Part shown: in pieces, positions 25,551 to 32,000 of the stretch | Position numbering within the stretch: the first letter of the stretch is position 1 | Layout of the letters: every line of letters starts with the position of its first letter | Translations under genes and position numbers: made by a program | Origin: Candidatus Thorarchaeota archaeon | GTDB lineage: Archaea; Asgardarchaeota; Heimdallarchaeia; Hodarchaeales; Hodarchaeaceae | DNA length: 32,000 bases | Assembly (NCBI GenBank): GCA_048882505.1 | Contig: JBHLRO010000026.1 | Coordinates: 1-32,000, forward strand | Direction of reading: 5' to 3' | The notes under the pieces: model-generated | What the model was told of the DNA's origin: nothing | The model's input: only the letters and a program-made list of their open reading frames with translations | Databases searched by the model: none

Positions 25551-27584
25551 ATGACAGAAATGACAACAACTGAATTAGAAAAGTCGAAGAAATACTATCC
25601 ACTACCCAACCTGGCAAAAACGAGCCGAACTCCTGATATAGATGCCTATTTTGCCAAATGGAAAGAATCCGTTGAAAACCCAGAGCAGTTTTGGGCGGAA
25701 GAGGCCAAAAAGATCGACTGGTTTACTCCTTATAACCAAGTCTGGGTTCCCCCTATAGAAGGAAAATCTGATTTTGTTGGCCAGTGGTATGTAGGAGGGA
25801 AACTGAATGTCACGTATAATTGTCTTGATCGCTGGGTTGAACGAGGTTATGGAAACGAAACTGCGCTCATATGGATGGGCGAAGATGACACGGTGAAGAA
25901 ATATACTTACCAATCACTGCTCGTAGAAGTCAACAAAGCTGCTAACGCGTTGAAAAGTCTTGGAGTCAAAAAAGACGATCGTGTCTGTATTTGGTTACCC
26001 ATGATTGACGGGTTAGCGATTGTAATGCTTGCTTGTGCCCGAATAGGGGCTATACACTCAATCGTTTTTGGTGGTTTTTCAGCGGAGTCAGTGAAGGATC
26101 GAATTGATGATTCTAATTGCAAAATTTTGGTGACTGCTGACGAAATAAGACGTGCTGGCAAGAATAGGCCAATGAAAAACAACCTAAGAGGCATCATTGA
26201 AACCTGTCCGTCTATCAAGCATGTAGCTGTCATTAAACTCACGGGGGGCGAGGTTTATGCATCCGAAAAAGACGTGGATTTCCTGATGTTAATGAACCAA
26301 CAATCTTCGGTGTGTGAACCCGAAATTATGGATGCAGAGGATCCTCTTTTCATTTTATATACTAGCGGAACCACAGGTAAACCCAAAGGGGTTGTCCATA
26401 CTCAAGCTGGATATCTAGTCTATGGTGTGACCACCAATTATTATGTGTGGGATTACTCATGCTTGCTTGATCTCAAGGGAACTACTCCCGCAACACGAGA
26501 TGTATGGTATTGTACTGCTGATATTGGCTGGATTACTGGTCACACCCAAATCGTGTATGCCCCGTTAACTCTGGGCGCCATCACCATCATGTACGAGGGT
26601 GTTCCCACCTGGCCGCATAACGGACGCTTCTGGGAAATTTGCGAAAAGTTTGGGGTCACTCATTTCTATACGGCACCTACTGCCATTCGAGCTTTGAAGA
26701 AATTCGGAGATGAACACGTCACAAAGTGGAACCTTTCAAAATTGAAAATGTTGGGTACCGTGGGAGAAGTATGTAACTGGCCTGAATGGCGGTGGTACTG
26801 GGAAGTGGTAGGAAAGGGGACATTAGGAGATAGACCAGAAGGAAGGCCAATTGTAGATAGTTATTGGCAGACTGAGACTGGAAGTTACATGATGGTTAAT
26901 TTTGGAGCAGTGACTCCAATGAAACCAGGAAGCTGTACTTTCCCTATGTACGGGATTAATCCAGTGCTTCTGGATGATGATGGGCAACGGGTCACCAAAC
27001 CAAATACACAAGCGTATTTTGCCTATGACCAAAGCTGGCCTGGACTAATGCGCACCGTATGGGGAAATCATCCACGTTTTGTGAATACTTATTTGTCACA
27101 GTTCGAAGGGTATTACTTCACCGGTGATTATGCGCTAATTGACAACGAGGGCTATTATTTCATCCTAGGGCGATCAGACGACGTGATCAAGGTCTCAGGA
27201 CATCGATTAGGTTCTGCAGAAGTTGAATCTGCCATAAATTCCCATCCAAAGGTTGCCGAGAGCGCTGTTATTCCTTATCCACATTCTGTAAAAGGATCCA
27301 CAATTTTTGCATATGTAACCGTGATGTCGGGCGTGGAACCGAGCGATGATCTCAAAAAAGAGATTCAAGCACACGTTAGATCCGTAGCAGGACCTGCTGT
27401 GTATCCTGAGATTATTATGTTTGCAGATGCCGTTCCTAAAACTCGCTCGGGAAAAATCATGCGCCGAATTCTCAAAGCTGTTGCAACTCAAAAAGACATC
27501 GGTAATGTTATGACCTTGGCCAATCCTGAAGTTGTGGATGAGTTGATTAACAGACGAAAGATGATGGGAGAAATTATGTTCTAA
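25551..27584 (+). CDS. acs: AMP-forming acetyl-CoA synthetase (ATG 25551 preferred over TTG 25539)
   Basis: YTSGTTGKPKG, CTADIGWITGH, WQTETG, YFTGD, GRSDDVIKVSGHRLG and PKTRSGKIMRR. A GGGTGA SD lies at 25541-25546. Confidence 0.96.
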   Translation: MTEMTTTELEKSKKYYPLPNLAKTSRTPDIDAYFAKWKESVENPEQFWAEEAKKIDWFTPYNQVWVPPIEGKSDFVGQWYVGGKLNVTYNCLDRWVERGYGNETALIWMGEDDTVKKYTYQSLLVEVNKAANALKSLGVKKDDRVCIWLPMIDGLAIVMLACARIGAIHSIVFGGFSAESVKDRIDDSNCKILVTADEIRRAGKNRPMKNNLRGIIETCPSIKHVAVIKLTGGEVYASEKDVDFLMLMNQQSSVCEPEIMDAEDPLFILYTSGTTGKPKGVVHTQAGYLVYGVTTNYYVWDYSCLLDLKGTTPATRDVWYCTADIGWITGHTQIVYAPLTLGAITIMYEGVPTWPHNGRFWEICEKFGVTHFYTAPTAIRALKKFGDEHVTKWNLSKLKMLGTVGEVCNWPEWRWYWEVVGKGTLGDRPEGRPIVDSYWQTETGSYMMVNFGAVTPMKPGSCTFPMYGINPVLLDDDGQRVTKPNTQAYFAYDQSWPGLMRTVWGNHPRFVNTYLSQFEGYYFTGDYALIDNEGYYFILGRSDDVIKVSGHRLGSAEVESAINSHPKVAESAVIPYPHSVKGSTIFAYVTVMSGVEPSDDLKKEIQAHVRSVAGPAVYPEIIMFADAVPKTRSGKIMRRILKAVATQKDIGNVMTLANPEVVDELINRRKMMGEIMF

Positions 27585-27624
27585 CTTTCCATGACCTCTT
27601 TCCATCTCCTTATTCATTCAGAGG

Positions 27625-27936
27625 CTACTTGAAATTTCTTCGTGGGTTTTCTTTTATCAAGGTCAGAATCTGTTCTTTTGTAACATTCTTTAATCTGAGA
27701 ACTTTCTTGGATCTTTTATGGCCTGCTTCTAGGATGGCTTCGGCTTTGAAATGCTTGCGGAGCAGTTTCAGGATTTGTTTGTTCGCTCTCCCTTGAATTG
27801 GCGGAGATGTAACTCGGATTAGAAACTGATCTGGGTTAACTGCAAGTTCATCAGCTTGTTGCCGAGTCTTTACATGAACAGTGACCAGATAATCTCCTGT
27901 ATCGACATCCAATTTCAACCAAGGAAACTTTTGCAT
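27625..27936 (-). CDS. DUF167 / UPF0235 (YggU-like) protein
   Basis: IRVTSPPIQGRANKQILKLL...AGHKRSKKVL matches the family pattern. Overlaps the 3' end of the upstream gene by 22 nt. Confidence 0.85.
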   Translation of the reverse strand: MQKFPWLKLDVDTGDYLVTVHVKTRQQADELAVNPDQFLIRVTSPPIQGRANKQILKLLRKHFKAEAILEAGHKRSKKVLRLKNVTKEQILTLIKENPRRNFK

Positions 27937-29891
27937 CTCGCACCATCCTGGCTGATTTCTTCAACTGAAGAAAAAGGAGTCCGCTGAAGTGAGAAGCGAG
28001 TCTCGATTAACCTCTGTGCGTCCAGTAGTGAAAGATTTTCTTCCATCCAAATGAAATTCAAAAAATAACGTGCTAAGTTGCTGGGCCATAAACTTTCCTG
28101 ATAAGATGTCCCCAATGCGAGAGAAATACGTTGTTTGAAACGGTTAACGTACTGTTCTGATGATTTCCGTCCAACTTCCTTAATAATCTCAACGGGGGAT
28201 TTCGAGGTCCAAATGATTTCAAACTCGTGCTTGATAGAGTCCACTACAAACCCGTAAATTATCCCTGTCTGATCATTCGTGACAAAAGGTTTGCCAATTA
28301 GATAACGAAAGGTTTCAGGGATGCTCGTGAAATAAACTCCGATTTTTGCATGGATCTTATCCCCAAAATTAAACGCAGCCGCAGGTAAAACCGAAAAATA
28401 TGAAGCTGCTAGTTCGTGAGGAGAGATGAGAAGCCGCTCTTTTGTATTCATAGCCCATAAGCAAGATGGTGAAAAAGCCTCCCCTTCTCCAATGCTTAGT
28501 TCTTTGGCAACGTGAAATCGGAGTGCAGCTAGATTCTGGATACCTAATCCCTCCAAAAAAAGGGTTAGGATAAAGGAGGGGGGAACCTCACGTTTGATAA
28601 GAAGAGTCTGCCCAAAGGGAGTCCCTGACATCACACCGGAAATCTTTCCAAAAGGTGATCCACCCATACCTGTAATGCCTTGGTCCATAACTTGGCCCAC
28701 ATCGGTGATTTTGGGTTCCCCAGGCGCGGGAATCCACACAGGAACTCGTAGCTGTGTAAGTGCTCCCTCATCAATAGTTATTCCATCAGCAGAATCTATC
28801 GTCACCCCTGGTACTGTTATAAAATTGACCTGATTCAGGTGCGGTTTAACTGGAGTAACATGACCCCCAATGGAGTGTAACCAATTATTAAAGAATGAAG
28901 GCTGGAGTGCTAAGGTTCTAGGAATCCCTAGCGCTCTTGCAATAGTAGTTTTGATTTCTTCGGTAGTAACCTTTTTCAGGTCGAGTTTCGCTTGTTTCAG
29001 GATCTTTGCGTACCGCTGTTTTAAAACCGTAATTGATAATGGCTCTTCCTTAACAATAGGTAGAAATGTTGTATCATCTACAATAATGGGGGGACGAAAA
29101 ACACCCAGAGGACTACCTGCTGTATCAATAGCTACCTTTCCCACAACATCCCAGGGACTTGCTTCTGTAGAAGCGATAGGCCTCCTTTGAGCTTCAATTG
29201 GATCTGGTGGGTATGTTACAGGGACATCCTCTACAGGGGAAGGGGAAAAGGTATTGCTTACCTGGCCTAGAGGTTGAATAAGATCCCCCAAATTTAATGT
29301 ATCTACTTCTTCCTCACCGAGCGGAGAGATGAGCCGACTAATGATATCTCTTTCCACATCTTCCATGGGAGCCGAGGGTATTGTGGGAGTTGGAAATTCA
29401 TCTTTCCTGTGGGAGTCGGCCCATTTTTCCCACACCTCGGAAAACCGTGATATTATTCGAGACGTCGATTCCTCAACATCAGAATGCGGTAAGTTAGCGA
29501 TATAGCTCCGCAAATCGATCCCATCGTTTGCTTCTAGACTTTTAAGTCGGGCAATCAATACTGGGATATGAGTATGAAGTGTTTCCTCCCTTTTCTCAAG
29601 TTTTTCGCGCTCTTTTACGAGCTCTGTAATCACATGTCTTGCTTCAGCTTTGGTCGAACGACCGGAATCCCATGACAAAGCGGCTTGTTTTGTCTTTACT
29701 TCATTAATCTGAAGGGCATTGTTGACTTGATGTAACCTCTCTTCGATATAAATGATTTGAATCATATCAAGAAGGGGTCCCGGAGAGTAAGCGCGTGTTT
29801 GTGATGGTTTTTTGAGGTCGTTAAGAGCATTAAGGAGCTCATTCTCATCTATTAGATCTTGATTCCTAAGAGCAAAGAGGAAGTTTTTCAA
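27915..29891 (-). CDS. Hypothetical protein: N-terminal coiled coil, Pro/acidic linker, three PRC-barrel-like repeats (TTG start)
   Basis: Three units beginning VGKVAIDTAGSPLG / ITGMGGSPFGKI / IGKPFVTNDQTG, each with an I..ALG.....PS helical insert. Confidence 0.6.
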   Translation of the reverse strand: MKNFLFALRNQDLIDENELLNALNDLKKPSQTRAYSPGPLLDMIQIIYIEERLHQVNNALQINEVKTKQAALSWDSGRSTKAEARHVITELVKEREKLEKREETLHTHIPVLIARLKSLEANDGIDLRSYIANLPHSDVEESTSRIISRFSEVWEKWADSHRKDEFPTPTIPSAPMEDVERDIISRLISPLGEEEVDTLNLGDLIQPLGQVSNTFSPSPVEDVPVTYPPDPIEAQRRPIASTEASPWDVVGKVAIDTAGSPLGVFRPPIIVDDTTFLPIVKEEPLSITVLKQRYAKILKQAKLDLKKVTTEEIKTTIARALGIPRTLALQPSFFNNWLHSIGGHVTPVKPHLNQVNFITVPGVTIDSADGITIDEGALTQLRVPVWIPAPGEPKITDVGQVMDQGITGMGGSPFGKISGVMSGTPFGQTLLIKREVPPSFILTLFLEGLGIQNLAALRFHVAKELSIGEGEAFSPSCLWAMNTKERLLISPHELAASYFSVLPAAAFNFGDKIHAKIGVYFTSIPETFRYLIGKPFVTNDQTGIIYGFVVDSIKHEFEIIWTSKSPVEIIKEVGRKSSEQYVNRFKQRISLALGTSYQESLWPSNLARYFLNFIWMEENLSLLDAQRLIETRFSLQRTPFSSVEEISQDGARCKSFLG

Positions 29892-30005
29892 GGAACTAAA
29901 AGTAGGCTCCTCCGATTTGGACTGGCTGTCCCTACTAAAACAAACTAATTAGGTTTATTAAAAAATTACCTGAATAAGGGATTTTCCGTTATTGTTGCCG
30001 ATACC

Positions 30006-31031
30006 TTATTCTTCTTCAGAGGTTTCTTGGGTATTTTCATTCAGTGATTCCGGAATTTCAAAATCGAACGGCGGTTGGGTCGTTATAATCACCCCGTCGT
30101 TTTCCGTGATAACAAAAGTATGTTCATATTGGGCAACATAACTTCCTTTTTCATCGGCCAATGGTGGGTATGCCAATGCGCCTCCCGCGCTTAAAAGCTC
30201 CCGAAGGGCAAAACGTACCCGTGCTTGATTAAATCCGCCATAAGAAGATAGCCAACGTTCCGCAAAGGGCAGAGATTTGTAATTCTTATAAATTGTTGAA
30301 TATATCTTACGAGAAACCGGATTCCTAAGGGCCACTCGTCGAGGTAGTAACATGTAGATGTATTTTGTACCAGATACCTCGTGGACACTCCCCGTTCCTG
30401 TCGAAGCGAAAGTTTCAAATGCATAGGCTTCACCGACTTCCAGTGCGCTTTCTGCGGGATCAAAGGCCTGCCCAACATTAGGCAGCCTTTTCTCACCGTG
30501 AAGTTCAAACCGACCTAATTTATGCCCAGATAGCTCACGTAATGGTTTGTAGCCGTAACCATTAATTGTTTCTTCCACTCTTTTTCCTATCATTGAGGGC
30601 ATGGTACCTGGATTGATAATTTCCATTCCAGCCTTAAAACCTTCCTTTGCTGCTTCTTTTAGGTTCTTATGATCAGATGAGAGGTTAACCGAAAGCGCAG
30701 TATCAGCAATATACCCATTAACATGAACACCAACATCAAATTTCACAATTCCATCACTTGGAATAATTGTCTGATCACCAAAGGGTGAAGAGTAATGGGC
30801 AGCCAGATGATTGATCGAAACATTTGTTGGAAACCCATGCCCATCTGCCCCTTTTTCAAGGATCATCTTCTCAGCACTTTCACAGATATCAATAACCGAA
30901 GCTCCAGGCTTAATCATCTTAACAATGGTGTGTAATACTTCATACCCAATTTGGCCAGCTTTTCGGTAGTAATAAATCTTTTCTTCGTTGGAGATTCCCT
31001 CTTCAGATGTCCAGTCACTCAATTTCGTCAC
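30006..31031 (-). CDS. map: Methionine aminopeptidase, type II (GTG start)
   Basis: FPTNVSINHLAAHYS, KFDVGVHVNGYIADTA, LSGH, AFETFAS and QYEHT metal ligands, plus the type II helical insertion. Confidence 0.96.
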   Translation of the reverse strand: MTKLSDWTSEEGISNEEKIYYYRKAGQIGYEVLHTIVKMIKPGASVIDICESAEKMILEKGADGHGFPTNVSINHLAAHYSSPFGDQTIIPSDGIVKFDVGVHVNGYIADTALSVNLSSDHKNLKEAAKEGFKAGMEIINPGTMPSMIGKRVEETINGYGYKPLRELSGHKLGRFELHGEKRLPNVGQAFDPAESALEVGEAYAFETFASTGTGSVHEVSGTKYIYMLLPRRVALRNPVSRKIYSTIYKNYKSLPFAERWLSSYGGFNQARVRFALRELLSAGGALAYPPLADEKGSYVAQYEHTFVITENDGVIITTQPPFDFEIPESLNENTQETSEEE

Positions 31032-31280
31032 CTTTTACTTTTTTTTCACTTTTTAGTGCCAATCGTTTGGAAAGATTCTGTTTTATGCAAGGAAGGAGAA
31101 TGAAGAGGAAAAAATCCCTCTTAAGGCCGAGATGCACATTATTGCTCGTAATACGTGCATAGAATCGCTGTTTGGGCATTCTATGAGTTAACTAAAAACC
31201 TTTATTTCACGGATTCAATGGGAATATCATAAAGTTTAAGTATCGGTATAACGTAAAAATGCCGATCTCATTGGAGTTAT

Positions 31281-32000
31281 TTGCCATTGGATGTTGAATT
31301 CCTTTCCATCCTGCAACAAAGATATCCTCAAACAGCGGATGCTATAATAGATGCCATAAATCAGTGTGATTACCTGATTGAGTCGATAATGTCTGAAGAT
31401 TTCTCACAAAAAGATTTTTATGTCAATCTCCTCCAAAATATTAGACTGTTTCTTAACTCTGAATCAATATTTCACAGCAGAAGTTTTCAAAAAGCCCTAA
31501 AGTTCTATGAAAAGCTACGGGTTAGTATAAGTGAGACCCAAACGCAGTTTCCAGATTCCTACTCATCCTGGCGATATGATATCGACCGTTTAACCTCACG
31601 AACTGAGGCCCGACTCCAAGAGGTTCGGGCACAGCTTTCTCTGGAACAAGAGGACACAGTACAAGCAGATATTCTTCTTGTTGAAACAATAAATCGATAT
31701 AACCTGGAACTCCAATTAGAACAAGAATACAGTGATTATGACCACTATTTTAATACGTTGGGCAATATTTTTCGATGTTCGGGCCATCTCTACTTTTTAA
31801 GGGGACTGACTAACAACAATCGCATTGAACTCTATCAATCAATCAAGGATTTTAGAAAAGCGATCTTTCTGGGTCAATTGGACCTTGATGACTACGTGAA
31901 AGATGCACACAAGAATATCAAAATCATGACGTTCGCAAAACTAGAACAACAAGCGGAGACCTACTTTAATCTTGGATTAACTGAAACTGATGCAGAGAAA
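31281..32000 (+). CDS. Helical/TPR-like hypothetical protein, 3'-truncated (absent from the ORF track)
   Basis: TTG 31281 follows GGAG (31273-31276). The frame MPLDVEFLSILQQRYP...LYQSIKDFRKAIFLG...TDAEK stays open for 240 codons to the window end. Confidence 0.7.
   Translation, partial: MPLDVEFLSILQQRYPQTADAIIDAINQCDYLIESIMSEDFSQKDFYVNLLQNIRLFLNSESIFHSRSFQKALKFYEKLRVSISETQTQFPDSYSSWRYDIDRLTSRTEARLQEVRAQLSLEQEDTVQADILLVETINRYNLELQLEQEYSDYDHYFNTLGNIFRCSGHLYFLRGLTNNNRIELYQSIKDFRKAIFLGQLDLDDYVKDAHKNIKIMTFAKLEQQAETYFNLGLTETDAEK

Noticed and set aside
26457-26500. Extra loop in acs (SCLLDLKGTTPATR) as a second, in-frame mRNA intron
   Set aside because: It contains small hairpins, but I found no register with a 4-bp helix between two 3-nt bulges, and there is no stop or frameshift. 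More likely a protein loop insertion.
1163-30508. Numerous 60-136 aa ORFs in the track lying antisense or out of frame within longer genes (e.g. 13483-13800, 15499-15891, 27207-27617, 30191-30508)
   Set aside because: These are shadow ORFs of well-supported genes and have no motifs of their own.
31015-31179. 54-aa minus-strand ORF (MPKQRFYAR...) overlapping the map start
   Set aside because: No recognisable motif or RBS, and it runs through T-rich intergenic sequence.

Overview
Archaeal genomic window, most likely an Asgard archaeon. This is inferred from the BHB tRNA introns, cofE, type II MetAP, an archaeal NusA-like protein, a Urm1/SAMP protein and a MIT-domain Vps4-type ATPase. Left arm: housekeeping genes (PTP-type phosphatase, membrane protein, NusA-like, argF, Urm1/SAMP, a two-intron tRNA-Gly(CCC), cofE, a TPR-like protein). 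Middle: a surface-protein/MoxR cluster (1701-aa Ig-repeat glycoprotein, DUF4129, DUF4350, MoxR, DUF58, multipass membrane protein). It is split by a ~7 kb module made of a CARF-wHTH regulator facing away from a translationally coupled pair: a Vps4-like MIT-AAA ATPase and a ~1500-aa acidic/basic bipartite protein carrying a MIM2-like motif. Right arm: acs, DUF167, a coiled-coil protein with three PRC-barrel-like repeats, map and a truncated helical protein. Top finding: moxR is interrupted inside its Walker A codons by a 31-nt hairpin insert with bulge-helix-bulge geometry. Cutting at the positions the BHB rule predicts removes exactly these 31 nt and restores GVPGIGKT, making it a candidate tRNA-type intron in an mRNA. 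All family assignments come from motif recognition by eye; no database searches were run.
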